Source: an uncultured Actinomycetes bacterium (lineage in GTDB: Bacteria > Actinomycetota > Thermoleophilia > UBA2241). Taken from it: a DNA stretch of 64,000 bases. The stretch lies in the NCBI GenBank assembly GCA_963767005.1, contig CAVYCN010000003.1, positions 128,001 to 192,000 of the forward strand, read 5' to 3'. Positions 1 to 11,914 of the stretch are shown in pieces. The notes under the pieces were generated by a model. That model saw nothing but the letters and a program-made list of their open reading frames with translations. It was not told the origin of the DNA and did not search any database. The position numbers and the translations under genes are program-made. Numbering within the stretch: the first letter of the stretch is position 1; every line of letters begins with the position of its first letter.

Positions 1-26
1 CCCGGCAGGCAAGCGAGGAGAACGGC

Positions 27-1022
27 ATGAAGAGATGGCTCTGGGTCGCGGCGGCGCTCGCGGCGGCCGCCGTCGTCGCGCTCGGCGCCTGGGCCGCGTT
101 CGGGCGCGGTGGCGCGGGCGGCCCTGCCACCGGCTCAGCGACCGTCGCGGCGACGGGCTCGCCGGGCGCGACGCCGGGCACGGCGACGATTCCCGGCTCA
201 CCATCGTCGTCGCTCTCGCCGGGCGCGCCCGGAGCCGGCTCGCCCGCGGCCACGCCCTCGCCGGCCCCGTCGTCGTCGGCCACCCTGTTGGCGCTGCCGC
301 ACGGCGTCGGTCACTTCCGCCGCGCGCCGGTGCACCGCGTCGTGAGCGGCCCGCGCGGCCGTCCGGTGCCGATCCTCATGTACCACGTGATCGGCACGCC
401 GCCGTCGACCGAGCCCTACCCTGAGCTGTTCGTGTCGCTCGCCGACTTCGCGGCCCAGATGCGCTACCTCGAACACGATGGCTACACGGCGGTCACGCTC
501 GACCAGGTCTACGCCTTCTGGCACGGCCACGGCACGCTGCCGGCCAAGCCGGTCGTGCTGAGCTTCGACGACGGCTACCGCAGCGACTGGACCGACGTGG
601 CGCCGATCCTGCAGCGGATCGGCTGGCCGGGCGTGCTGGACCTGTGCATGAACGCCGTGGGGCCTCACCGCGACCTGCCCGTGGGCCTGGTGCACGGCCT
701 GGTGCGGGCCGGCTGGGAGATCGACGACCACACCCTCACCCACCCCGACCTGACGACGCTCGACGCGGCCGGGCTGCACCGCGAGATCGTCGGCTCGCGC
801 GCCGTGATCCGGCATCTCACCGGCGAGCCCGTCTCGTTCTTCTGCTACCCCGCCGGCAAGTACGACGCCCAGGTCATCGCGGTCGTGCGCGCGGCCGGCT
901 TCCTGGGCGCCACGACGGAGATCGAGGGCGCCGCGACCCGGCAGGACAGGTTCACGCTCGCGCGCCTGCGGGTGCCGGGCGGCGAGAGCCTCACGGAGTT
1001 CGCGGCGACGCTCGCCGGATAG
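27..1022 (+). CDS. Secreted/membrane-anchored polysaccharide deacetylase (NodB/IcaB-like) with Pro/Ser/Gly-rich linker
   Basis: N-terminal hydrophobic segment; motifs PILMYH, LSFDDG, HTLTHPDL, FCYPAG of carbohydrate esterase family 4. Confidence 0.85.
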   Translation: MKRWLWVAAALAAAAVVALGAWAAFGRGGAGGPATGSATVAATGSPGATPGTATIPGSPSSSLSPGAPGAGSPAATPSPAPSSSATLLALPHGVGHFRRAPVHRVVSGPRGRPVPILMYHVIGTPPSTEPYPELFVSLADFAAQMRYLEHDGYTAVTLDQVYAFWHGHGTLPAKPVVLSFDDGYRSDWTDVAPILQRIGWPGVLDLCMNAVGPHRDLPVGLVHGLVRAGWEIDDHTLTHPDLTTLDAAGLHREIVGSRAVIRHLTGEPVSFFCYPAGKYDAQVIAVVRAAGFLGATTEIEGAATRQDRFTLARLRVPGGESLTEFAATLAG

Positions 1023-1023
1023 C

Positions 1024-1057
1024 GCGAGGGGGCGGGCCGTGCGGCCCGCCCCCTCGC
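1024..1057. terminator. GC-rich hairpin between convergent genes
   Basis: GCGAGGGGGCGGGCCG-TG-CGGCCCGCCCCCTCGC perfect 16-bp inverted repeat directly after the stop codon. Confidence 0.7.
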
Positions 1058-1082
1058 AACGTGCGTGGTCGTCTCGCGGCTG

Positions 1083-1322
1083 CTAGCGCACGCGAGAGCG
1101 CTCGCTCTCCCGCTCGCTGTCGATCATCTCGCGCTCCAGACGGCGGAGCTGATCGTCTTGCCGGGTGCGCAAGAACTCGCGACGCTCGCGCTCGAACTCG
1201 CGCTGCAGCCGCTCGAGCCGTTCCACCCGCTCCGCCTCTTGCCGGCGGCGTTCGATGAGCCGACGGCGCTCCTCGGCGTCCTCCCGCCACAGGTCAGAGT
1301 AGCCCCTGTAGCCAGTGCACAT
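1083..1322 (-). CDS. Small highly charged (Glu/Arg) coiled-coil hypothetical protein, 79 aa
   Basis: Strong SD AAGGAGG 5 nt before the ATG at 1322; E/R-rich helical sequence. Confidence 0.6.
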   Translation of the reverse strand: MCTGYRGYSDLWREDAEERRRLIERRRQEAERVERLERLQREFERERREFLRTRQDDQLRRLEREMIDSERESERSRVR

Positions 1323-1487
1323 GGGAGCCTCCTTTCGAACGATTTGCAGGAGTTTCCCAATGTGCACGCAACGAAACCGCGAACCTGCGCGCCAGGTGGC
1401 GGCGCGCCGCGGGCGACGGTTCTCAGGCGAGCCGGGCAGATCCGGCCTGCCGGCGGGCCGGCGCGGGCGGATCGAGCGGCGGCCCGC

Positions 1488-3101
<1,614 letters not shown>

Positions 3102-3315
3102 GGCTCCCCAGTCTGCTCGTTGGGCTGGTCTGCTGCGGTGCGGCGCCACCGCGCGCGGCCGCGCCGGCTCCCATGCTCGAGTATAGCGGAGGCAGGCGCG
3201 GCCACGGAATGCGACGGGCCGCAGCGGGCGCGGCGCGGACCGGCGGCCGTCGAGCGGACCGCCGCGCGTCCGGCTGGCCGGCGGGCGCGGACCGCCCGAG
3301 GGCGGCCGCCTGCGC

Positions 3316-5559
3316 CTACAACGAGCGGCCGAGCGCGAAGCCGGCCTTGACCGCGTCGACGACGCGGCCCACGGCGAACGAGTCGCCGATGTTGAAGAGC
3401 TCGGGGGCGACGCGCCGGCGCAGGCACTCGTCGTGCAGGGCGGCGGCCGGCCGCAGGCCGGCCGCCAGCACCACGAGGTCGGCGGCGAGCGTATCGTCGA
3501 CCTCGTCGACCGGCAACGGCCGAGCGAGCGGGTTGCGGATGTTGGCCGGCAGCAGGGGCGCCCAGGTCACGTACGGGTCGGGCACCGCGGGCGCGGCGTT
3601 GCGTCTTACGGCGACCGACGTCTGGCCGACGGCCGCGAGACGCGTGCAGTTGAGCAGCCGCACGCCGTGGCGCTCGAGGTAGTGCAGCAGGTAGCCGCGG
3701 TTGGCGGTGCATGTACCGGCCATGAAGTGGGGCAGCATCTCGACCACCGTGACATCCTTGCCGTGCTCGGCGGCCAGCCAGAAGGCGACCTCGCAGCCCA
3801 CGGCGCCGCCGCCGACCACGACGACGCGGCGGGCGTCGGCGGCGCCCTCGGGGCGCCGCAGCAGGTCGACCGCCGCCACCACGTGGTCGGCGTCGATGCC
3901 GTCGACCGGCGGCCGCACGGTCTCGGCGCCCGTGCAGGTCACGACCACGTCGAAGCTCTCGCCGGCGAGCGTGTCGGGGCCGGCGTCCGTCTCGCAGCGC
4001 ACGTGCAGCTCGTGGGCGGCGGCGGTGCGGTCGAGCAACCCGCCGAGGTAGTCGAGGTAGTTGGCCACGTCGAGCTTGGCGCGCGGTACGGAGCCGGGCA
4101 CCAGCATGCCCCCCGGCCGGTCGAGCCGCTCGTACAGCGTCACGTCGTGCCCACGCTCGGCCGCCGCGCAGGCGCAGGCCACGCCGGCCGGCCCGGCGCC
4201 GACGACGGCCACGCGGCGCGGCGGCGCGGCCGGCGGCGCCACGGCCGGCACAAGGTGCTCGAAACCGGCCCGCGGATTGACGGCGCACTGCGGGTGGCCG
4301 GCCTCGACGATCTCGTTGAGGCACCCTTCCTGGTCGCCGATGCAGGGCACGATCTCGGCGACGCGTCCGGCGTAGGCCTTGAGCGGCCACTGCGGGTCGG
4401 CCAGCAGGGGGCGCGCCAGCATGACCATGTCGCAGGCCTCGTCGCGCAGCGCCTGCTCGCACAGGTCGGGGTTGCCGAGCTTGCCGACCGCGACGACCGC
4501 CACCTCGAAACCGGCGTTCGAGCGCACGCCGCGCGTTCGCAAGTGGTCGCGAGCGACGCGCGCGACCTCAAGGAAGCAGCCCGGCGGCATGAAGGTCGGC
4601 GGGTGCGGCAGCCACCAGTCGTCGTAGCAGCCGAGGTCGACGTCGAAGGCATCGACCCCGGCGGCCACGAGGTCGGCCATGAAGGCGAGCGTCATCTCGG
4701 CCGTGCGCTCGCCGCGCAGGCGGCGCAGCCCGCCCACCGTGCTCATGCGCTCGCCGTAGGTCTCGTCGAGCGCACTCGTCAGGTCGAGCCGGTACATGAT
4801 CGGGTAGCGTGGGCCCGTGCGCCGCCGTACCTCGGCCACGAGGTCGAGCCCGAAGCGGCGCCAGTCGGCGTAACGCCCGTGGCGTCGACGGTTGAAGGCG
4901 GGGCTCGTGAGCTGGTCGAGCAGGTAGCCCTCGTGGCCGTGCAGGTAGACGCCGTCGACCTGCATCGCCCGGGCGTCGGCGGCCGCCTGCCCGGCGGCCT
5001 TCACGATGGCCCGGCACTCACGGTCGAGCAGCGGCCGGCAGGGCACCGTCGGCAGGTAGAAGTTGCGGTTCCACGACGCCGACACCGGCAGCCGGTGCCT
5101 GGAGAGCAGGCACTCGGGCGAGCCCACCCGTCCGAGGCCGGCGGTGAGCTGTACGAAGAACCGCGCGCCGTGGGCGTGGCAGGCCGTCGTGATGTCGCGC
5201 CAGCCGGCGAACACCGAACGCGAGCGGTCGATGCGCGGGAAGTACGACAGGCCGCCGGGCTCGGTGACCGCCGGGTCGATGCCGTGGCTCACCGGCACGA
5301 GACCCGAGGTGATGAGACCGGCGCCGCCGCGCGCCCGCTCGGCGAACCAGCTTACCATGCGGTCGCTCGGCCGGCCCGTCTCGTCGGCCGACGAGAGGTT
5401 GCCCATGGGGCCCATCACGATGCGGTTCTTGATCGTGACCGCATTGATCGCGACCGGCGAGAACAGGCGCTCGAACGGGTGCAGCGTCGCGGTCATGCGG
5501 CCCTGCGCGAGGCGCTCGTCGCGCAGGAACCAGTCGCCGTAGTCGTCGGTGAAGCGCAC
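3316..5559 (-). CDS. NADH:flavin oxidoreductase (Old Yellow Enzyme / 2-enoate reductase-like, FMN barrel + Fe-S + FAD domain)
   Basis: KNRIVMGPM, HGHEGYLLDQ, CIGDQEGC...CAVNP, two GxGxxG motifs; GTG start immediately after phzF stop (ATG 5497 is an alternative). Confidence 0.85.
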   Translation of the reverse strand: MRFTDDYGDWFLRDERLAQGRMTATLHPFERLFSPVAINAVTIKNRIVMGPMGNLSSADETGRPSDRMVSWFAERARGGAGLITSGLVPVSHGIDPAVTEPGGLSYFPRIDRSRSVFAGWRDITTACHAHGARFFVQLTAGLGRVGSPECLLSRHRLPVSASWNRNFYLPTVPCRPLLDRECRAIVKAAGQAAADARAMQVDGVYLHGHEGYLLDQLTSPAFNRRRHGRYADWRRFGLDLVAEVRRRTGPRYPIMYRLDLTSALDETYGERMSTVGGLRRLRGERTAEMTLAFMADLVAAGVDAFDVDLGCYDDWWLPHPPTFMPPGCFLEVARVARDHLRTRGVRSNAGFEVAVVAVGKLGNPDLCEQALRDEACDMVMLARPLLADPQWPLKAYAGRVAEIVPCIGDQEGCLNEIVEAGHPQCAVNPRAGFEHLVPAVAPPAAPPRRVAVVGAGPAGVACACAAAERGHDVTLYERLDRPGGMLVPGSVPRAKLDVANYLDYLGGLLDRTAAAHELHVRCETDAGPDTLAGESFDVVVTCTGAETVRPPVDGIDADHVVAAVDLLRRPEGAADARRVVVVGGGAVGCEVAFWLAAEHGKDVTVVEMLPHFMAGTCTANRGYLLHYLERHGVRLLNCTRLAAVGQTSVAVRRNAAPAVPDPYVTWAPLLPANIRNPLARPLPVDEVDDTLAADLVVLAAGLRPAAALHDECLRRRVAPELFNIGDSFAVGRVVDAVKAGFALGRSL

Positions 5560-5561
5560 CG

Positions 5562-6461
5562 TCAGACCTCGATCGTCCCCTCGCTCACGAGCACGCACTC
5601 GCCGCCGATCCAGGCGCCGACGACCGCGCCGGCGCGCTTCTCGGCGCGCGCCTCGAGCACGCTCGGACGGCCCATCTCGACGCCCTGGGCGATGCGCCAG
5701 GCGAAGCTGCCGTCGGCCGCCGGGTCGAGCCTGGCAAGGAGCGCGGCGAGCGCGCAGTTCGCGCTGCCGGTGGCCGGGTCCTCGGGAATGCCGTCGAGCG
5801 GCGAGAACATGCGGGCGCGCAGGTCGTACTCGTCGCCGCTGCGCACGTACAGGTGGACGTCGGGCGGCTGCACGCCGGCCGCGACGAGCGCCTCGATGCC
5901 GGCGCCGTCGGGTCGCGCCCGCTCCAGCGCAGCGCGATCCGTGAGCTCGGCGATCACGAACGGCAGGCCGACGGACGCGACCACCGGCGCGTGCGCACCG
6001 GTCGCGAGATCGGCGGGCGTGAGCGAGACCGCGCGGGCGAGGAGGTCGACCGGCACCTCGCGACCGAGCGTGAGCCCCTGGGGCGCGGTCAGCTCGCACC
6101 TGACGCGACCGTCGGCGCCAGAGCGCACCGTCACCGGTACGAGACCGGCCTCCTCCTCGAAGGTCACGGTCGTCTCGGTCGTGAGCGGACCCAGTGCCCC
6201 GGTCGCGGCCAGCACGAAGGCCGTGCCGACGTTGGGGTGGCCGGCGAACGGCACCTCGCTCATCGGCGTGAAGATGCGCACCCGGCGGGTGTGGCCGGCC
6301 TCGGGGACGAGCACGAAGGTGCTCTCGGAGAAGTTGAACTCGCGGGCGATCTGCTGCATGCGCCGGCCGTCGAGGCCGTCGGCCTCGGGCAGCACGGCGA
6401 GCTGGTTGCCGCCGAAGCGGGTGTCGGTGAAGACGTCGCAGGTGTAGTAGCGCACACGCAT
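5562..6461 (-). CDS. PhzF family isomerase/epimerase
   Basis: DVFTD..FGGNQLAV, NFSESTF, EVPFAGHP, EDPATGSA, QGVEMGRPS. Confidence 0.93.
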   Translation of the reverse strand: MRVRYYTCDVFTDTRFGGNQLAVLPEADGLDGRRMQQIAREFNFSESTFVLVPEAGHTRRVRIFTPMSEVPFAGHPNVGTAFVLAATGALGPLTTETTVTFEEEAGLVPVTVRSGADGRVRCELTAPQGLTLGREVPVDLLARAVSLTPADLATGAHAPVVASVGLPFVIAELTDRAALERARPDGAGIEALVAAGVQPPDVHLYVRSGDEYDLRARMFSPLDGIPEDPATGSANCALAALLARLDPAADGSFAWRIAQGVEMGRPSVLEARAEKRAGAVVGAWIGGECVLVSEGTIEV

Positions 6462-6662
6462 ACCGGATGCTCCCTCTCGCTGCCGTGGTGGGGCCATGAT
6501 ACGTCGCGCGGCCGGTCCAGGTTGTCCCGCTGCGCGACCGCCTTCTGCCACCCTGTCCATCTCCCTGCGACGGCGGTCGTACGCTTTTCCGTTCTTTGAG
6601 TTGCGCGCGCCTCGACGACGCATTACCTTACGCCGTTGGACACGTGGCTCGGGGGGCAGTCG

Positions 6663-8282
6663 ATGGCAGAAGACGTCGTCCAGATCGTCGTGGGCACGGC
6701 AGCCCACCTCACGGCGAGTCTGCGAGAGGACCAGGTGCTGAGCGCGGCCGTGCACGACGTCGGGCAGGGGACGCGTGCCGCCAGTTGCTGCGTCTACGAC
6801 TACTCGCAGACGTACGACCTGCTGACGCTGAAGGCAGCCTGGAGCTGCGACGACGACGACGACCTGCAGGCGCTCGTCGGCGCCTCGTTCGGGCCGGCCG
6901 ACCGCCCGAGCCTCTTCCCCGCGGTACGCGAGCGTCGCACGGCCGAGACCCACGTCAACGACCCCGGCCTGTCGCAGTCGCTGCGCGACGACCTGTGGAG
7001 CGACCTCACGGTCGTCGCCACCCCGCTCAGCGCAGGCGCCGAGCTGCTCGGCCTGCTCGTCGTGACCGAGAAGTCGATCAGACACTTCGCCGCGGGCGAG
7101 CGCGAGCTGCTCGAGGCGCTGGCCGCGCTGGTCGGCCCCGCTCTCGCCAACGCCCGGCTGTTCGGACGGCAGGCCGACCAGAACCGCTACCTCGCGGCGC
7201 TCCTCGAGTCGAGCCGCGCCCTGAGCTCCGTGGTCGTGCTCGACAAGGTCCTCGAGACGGTCGCCAGCAAGACCGCCGAGGCTCTCGACGTCGTGCGCTG
7301 CCGCATCTGGGAGTACGACCAGGCGGCCGACCGGTTCGACGAGCGCACCGACTTCATCGCCCCCGCCTACGACGGCCCGCTCCCCGAACCGGCCTCACCC
7401 GACGACCCGTCGTCGGTCGTGCGCCGGGCCGTCGCCACGGGCGAGCTCGCCAGCGAGCGGCTCGTCGCGGAGCAGCAGCCGCCGCACAAGCTGTTCCGGC
7501 GCGAGACGCTGCCCACCCAGGCACTGACCCGCATGGCGCTGCCGCTGCTGTTCGCCGGCGCGCCGGTCGGCGTGATCGTGCTCGTCGAGCCGCGCGGCGA
7601 GCGCGAGTTCAGCGCCGCCGAGCTCGACCTGGCGCGCGGCCTGGCCGAGCAGGCGGCGGCAGCCATCCAGAACGCCCACCTCTACCACCATCTCGAGGAG
7701 CAGGCCATCACCGACGGCCTGACCGGCCTCGCCAACCACCGCCACTTCTACGACCGGCTCCACGAAGAGGTCGCGCGCGCGCGGCGCTACCGCTTTCCGC
7801 TGTCGCTGCTCATGCTCGACATCGACGACTTCAAGCGCTTCAACGACGCTCACGGCCATCAGGCCGGCGACGAGGCGCTGCGCCTGGTCGCCGCGATCCT
7901 GCGGCTGGGCCTGCGTCAGAAGATCGACCTGGCGGCGCGCTACGGCGGCGAGGAGTTCACCGCCATCCTGCCCAACACCGCCCTCGGCGGCGCCACAGTG
8001 GCCGGCACGCGCCTGGCCAACGAGATCGCGCAGCTCGTCTCGGACCATTCCTCGGGCGACAGCCACCAGGAGGGCGCCGCCAACGTCGGCGAGCGCCTGC
8101 GCCAGAGCATCGCCGACGCGTCTGCCACGACCACGTCCATCCTGCCGGAGCGCATCACGGTGAGCGTCGGCGTGGCGGAGCTCGGCGACGAGCACGGCGC
8201 CGACGAGCTCGTCGCCGCGGCCGACGCCGCCCTCTACGTCGCCAAACGCACGGGCAAGAACAAGGTCTGCGTCACGCCGTAG
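6663..8282 (+). CDS. Diguanylate cyclase with two GAF domains
   Basis: DGLTGLAN, DIDDFKRFND, RYGGEEF, ITVSVG, ADAALYVAK; two GAF-like segments N-terminal. Confidence 0.92.
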   Translation: MAEDVVQIVVGTAAHLTASLREDQVLSAAVHDVGQGTRAASCCVYDYSQTYDLLTLKAAWSCDDDDDLQALVGASFGPADRPSLFPAVRERRTAETHVNDPGLSQSLRDDLWSDLTVVATPLSAGAELLGLLVVTEKSIRHFAAGERELLEALAALVGPALANARLFGRQADQNRYLAALLESSRALSSVVVLDKVLETVASKTAEALDVVRCRIWEYDQAADRFDERTDFIAPAYDGPLPEPASPDDPSSVVRRAVATGELASERLVAEQQPPHKLFRRETLPTQALTRMALPLLFAGAPVGVIVLVEPRGEREFSAAELDLARGLAEQAAAAIQNAHLYHHLEEQAITDGLTGLANHRHFYDRLHEEVARARRYRFPLSLLMLDIDDFKRFNDAHGHQAGDEALRLVAAILRLGLRQKIDLAARYGGEEFTAILPNTALGGATVAGTRLANEIAQLVSDHSSGDSHQEGAANVGERLRQSIADASATTTSILPERITVSVGVAELGDEHGADELVAAADAALYVAKRTGKNKVCVTP

Positions 8283-8350
8283 CGCCGCCGGGCGGGTTCT
8301 GCGGGACCGGACCCTTGGGGCGGCTCAGACGCCCCGGCCGGCCCTGACGC

Positions 8351-9037
8351 CTACTCGGGTCGGCAACCCTGCTCGAGGAGCGCCGCCGTCTCGACCGCGA
8401 ACCGCTCGAGCGCCTCGGCCGACGGCGCGGCGCTGCCCGGTGGCACGGCGGTCTCCAGGAAGAACGCCTCGGCCAGCCCGATGACGCTCCACGCCAGCGC
8501 ACGTTCGATGCCGGGCCGCAGGCGCCCGCGGGCGCTCCAGGTCGAGAGGTAGTCGGTGAGCGCGGCGCACGCCCGGGCGCGCTGCGCCTGGAGCAGCGCC
8601 GCGATGTCGGGGTCGGTGAGCCGCTGGCTCTCGATGATGAGCGTGGTCACGCGATGCTCCGAGAGCGCGTTCACGATCTGGCGCAGGCCCTCGGCCAGCA
8701 GCTCGCACAGCGTGAGGTGCTCCCACGGCTCCTCGAGCAGCGACATCACGGTCGAAGGGCCGCGCTCGGTGGCGAGGGCCACGAGCATCTCGTACTTGCC
8801 CGGGAAGTAGCGGTAGATGAGACCGGGCGTCACGCCGGCCCGGGTGGCGATGTCGCGCACGGTGGTCGCCCCGTAGCTGCGCGCCAGGAACTCGGCCGCG
8901 GCGGCGTCGAGCAGCCGCTCACGCCGCTCCTCGGGCCGCAGCCGCACCCGGCGCGGCCGCTCGTGCGGCCCCTCGTGCTGTCGCTGTCCGCCCGTCGCAT
9001 CCACCTGTCGCTCCAGTCTAGCCGAGGGCCGCCCCAT
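8351..9037 (-). CDS. TetR/AcrR family transcriptional regulator
   Basis: HTH ATTVRDIATRAGVTPGLIYRYFPGK; ATG overlaps the MFS stop (TGATG); start uncertain. Confidence 0.85.
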   Translation of the reverse strand: MGRPSARLERQVDATGGQRQHEGPHERPRRVRLRPEERRERLLDAAAAEFLARSYGATTVRDIATRAGVTPGLIYRYFPGKYEMLVALATERGPSTVMSLLEEPWEHLTLCELLAEGLRQIVNALSEHRVTTLIIESQRLTDPDIAALLQAQRARACAALTDYLSTWSARGRLRPGIERALAWSVIGLAEAFFLETAVPPGSAAPSAEALERFAVETAALLEQGCRPE

Positions 9038-11673
9038 CAGAAGGCCTCGACCGCGACGGCGTCCGCCTCGCCCTGCGGCAGGGTCCTGCCGAGCGGGACG
9101 GCGAGCGGCAGGCAGAGGAACGCGGCGACGGCCGCCAGCCAGAAGGACGCATCGAAGGAGCTCGTGGCGGCGTCGAGGATGACCTTCTTGACGTGGGCGG
9201 CGGCGTCCATGAGGGCGGCGCCCGACGTAGCCTGGCTCATCCTGCCGGTCGCCGCGGCCGCCGCCGCCGTCCCCTTGTCGAGCTTGCGGGCCCCGGCGCT
9301 GACCCGCTGCGCGCCCGCATCCACCCTGTGGGCTCCACCAGCCGCACCGGCAACGCCGCTGTGGAGTGCGGCCGCGCCGGCGGCCGCCTGGGAGGCGGCG
9401 CTCGACAGCGACGAGGCGCCACGTGCGGCCGTGACGAGACCGTTGCTCAGGCTGCCGCTCCCGGCCGCAAGGCTGCGGGAGCCGGCAGCGAGGGCGCCCG
9501 CACTGGTGCTCGCGGTCGCGAGCGCGGCGCCGAGGCGCGAAGCGCCCACGGCGACGCTCGAAGCGCCGCCGGCGACCTGCGTCGCGCCGGCGGCCAGCGC
9601 GCCGCTCTGCATGCTCGCCTGGTCGAGGCCCGCGACGAGCTGGCCGGCGCCGCCGTCCAGGGCCTGGGCGGTGCCCACAGCCTGCTGGAACCGAGCGTCG
9701 CCCGCAAGCGACGGGTCGGACGCCGCCAGGGACGCGAGCAGGCTCTCGAGCGATTGCGCGCCGGACTGGAGCTGCCCGGCGGAGCTCGCGAGCGTGCCGA
9801 GCCCGCCGGAAAGCGACGCCGTGCCGCTCGCGACCCGCCTCGCGCCGATGCTTACCTTTCGCGAAGCGGCGCTCAGCCGGTCGCTGCTCGCTCCCGCCGC
9901 CGACAGACCGCCGGCCAGGCGGATCGCCCCGGCGCTCAGCCGGCTGCCGCCCGACGCCAAGGCGGCCGCCTGCGGCGCGGCGCCGGCGAGGCTGCCGGCG
10001 AACGTCGACGCTCCTGCGCTGACCTGCGCCGTCCCGGAGCTGAGCGACCCGGCGGCCGTCTGCAGCTTCGTCATGCCGCGCGAGAGGTCGCGACTGCCAC
10101 CGGCTCCGGCGGTCGAGCCGGCGGCGAGCCTGCTCGACGCGGCACTGAGCTGGCGCAGGCCGCCGGCGAGCTTGCCGGACTGCTGCACCAGCGTGTCGAG
10201 ACCGCCGCCCATCCGGCTGAGCGCCGCCACCTCGGCGGGCACGCCTTTGGTCGGCGTGGTCATGGCCGCGGCGCTGAGCTTGCTGTCGCCGCCGAGCTTG
10301 CCCGGCACCTGGGCGATCGCCCGGGTGAGCTGAGCCCTGCCCTGGGTCGCCAGGGCCGCGTTGCCGGCGACGTACCTGCCGGCCGCGGCCTTGGCGCTCG
10401 GCAGACGCGTCCCGCTCGACGCGGTCAGGATCGACACGAGCACGGCGACCCCCACGGCAAAGCCGACCTGCCGGGCCGTGTTGAGGGCGCCGGAGCCGGC
10501 GCCGCCGACACCTTCCGGCAGGCTCAGCAGACCGACCGTCATGAGCGGCACCATCATGAGCGCGAGGCCGGCGCCGATGACCATCGTGCGCACGACGATG
10601 TCGAGGACCGACGAAGACGGCGACAGCATCGTGAGCGAGGCCAGGCCGACGGCCATCGCCACGGCGCCGAGGCCGGTCGACAGGCGCGGCCCTGCCGTGC
10701 GGATCAGTTTCGGGACGACCGGCATGAGCGCCATCGCGACGATCGGCATCGGCGTGATGCACATCGCCGCCTTGAGCTCGGAGAAGCCGAGGATGCCGGT
10801 CATGAACAAAATCAGCATGAGCTGGGCACCCATCACGCCCACGCTCAGGGCGAACAGGCCACCGCTCGCCGCGGCGAAGGGCCGCACCCTGAACAGGCGC
10901 AGGTCGAAGAGCGGCGAGGACGTGTGCAGCTCCCACAGGATGAAACCGCCGAGCAGCGCGCCGGCGCCGACGAACGACCCGACGATCGCCGGCGAGCGCC
11001 AGCCCCAGTCGTTACCCTGGACCAGCGCGAGCACGAGCAGGAAGAGGCCGCCCGACACGAGCGCCGTGCCGGGCACGTCGAACCGCTCCTCGGAAGCGAC
11101 CCGGCGCTCGGGGACGAACGCCAGCCCGAGCAGCACGGCCGCAAACCCGACGGGGACGTTGACGAAGAAGATCCAGTGCCACGAGGCGTACTGGGTGAGG
11201 ATGCCGCCGAGCGTCGGGCCGAGCGCCGCCGCGGCGGCCGAGAGCGCGCCGTAGAAGCCGGTGACGGCGGTCTGCTGCGCCCGGTCCGTGAAGCCCGCCA
11301 CCAGGATCGAGAAGCTGAGCGGGATCAGCGCCGCCGCGCCGAGCGACTGCACGGCGCGGAAGGCGATGAGCTCGTCGATCGAGCCCGAAAGACCGCAGGC
11401 GAGCGACGCCAGCGTAAAGACGACGAGCCCGATGACGAACACCCGCTTCTGGCCATGATGGTCGGCGATGCGGCCCACCGAGAGCAGCAGCGCCGCGACA
11501 CCGAGCGTGTAGGCGTTCAGCACCCAGGTCGCCCGCGTGAGCGTCGTGCCGAGGTCGGCGATGATCGTCGGCATCGCGATGTTGGTGATCGTCAGGTCGA
11601 GGAAGGTGACGAACGAGCCGAGCGAGACGGTCAGCAGCAGGAGCCACTGTCGCCGGGTGAAGCCTGTGCGCAT
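9037..11673 (-). CDS. DHA2 (14-TM) MFS efflux transporter with a large Ala/Gly/Ser heptad-repeat insertion
   Basis: LDLTITNIAMP, WVLNAYTL, GRIADHHG, WHWIFFVNVPVG; ~400-aa xxxLxxG repeat region before the last TM helix. Confidence 0.9.
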   Translation of the reverse strand: MRTGFTRRQWLLLLTVSLGSFVTFLDLTITNIAMPTIIADLGTTLTRATWVLNAYTLGVAALLLSVGRIADHHGQKRVFVIGLVVFTLASLACGLSGSIDELIAFRAVQSLGAAALIPLSFSILVAGFTDRAQQTAVTGFYGALSAAAAALGPTLGGILTQYASWHWIFFVNVPVGFAAVLLGLAFVPERRVASEERFDVPGTALVSGGLFLLVLALVQGNDWGWRSPAIVGSFVGAGALLGGFILWELHTSSPLFDLRLFRVRPFAAASGGLFALSVGVMGAQLMLILFMTGILGFSELKAAMCITPMPIVAMALMPVVPKLIRTAGPRLSTGLGAVAMAVGLASLTMLSPSSSVLDIVVRTMVIGAGLALMMVPLMTVGLLSLPEGVGGAGSGALNTARQVGFAVGVAVLVSILTASSGTRLPSAKAAAGRYVAGNAALATQGRAQLTRAIAQVPGKLGGDSKLSAAAMTTPTKGVPAEVAALSRMGGGLDTLVQQSGKLAGGLRQLSAASSRLAAGSTAGAGGSRDLSRGMTKLQTAAGSLSSGTAQVSAGASTFAGSLAGAAPQAAALASGGSRLSAGAIRLAGGLSAAGASSDRLSAASRKVSIGARRVASGTASLSGGLGTLASSAGQLQSGAQSLESLLASLAASDPSLAGDARFQQAVGTAQALDGGAGQLVAGLDQASMQSGALAAGATQVAGGASSVAVGASRLGAALATASTSAGALAAGSRSLAAGSGSLSNGLVTAARGASSLSSAASQAAAGAAALHSGVAGAAGGAHRVDAGAQRVSAGARKLDKGTAAAAAATGRMSQATSGAALMDAAAHVKKVILDAATSSFDASFWLAAVAAFLCLPLAVPLGRTLPQGEADAVAVEAF

Positions 11674-11689
11674 GAGACCCTCCGGTCGC

Positions 11690-11731
11690 TAATGAACAGA
11701 ACGTCACTAGTAATTGAACGACTGTTCATTA
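11690..11731. promoter_or_regulatory. AT-rich palindromic operator region upstream of the MFS-tetR operon
   Basis: TAATGAACAG...CTGTTCATTA inverted repeat containing ATTGAAC-gact-GTTCATT; typical TetR operator architecture. Confidence 0.6.
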
Positions 11732-11914
11732 ACGCTGTCAAGCGGCCCCGCGATGGGGCGACCTTACCGAAGAGGGCGAAGGGGTTCTCGTGCCGCGATA
11801 GGGGAAAGGACGGCACCACGGACGTTGCATCCTGAACAAACAGCGCCGGTGGGGCTTGCGGCAAGTCCGGGAGCGTGCCGCATGATCGAGCCGAACAAGA
11901 CAAGGAGCGAGCCG

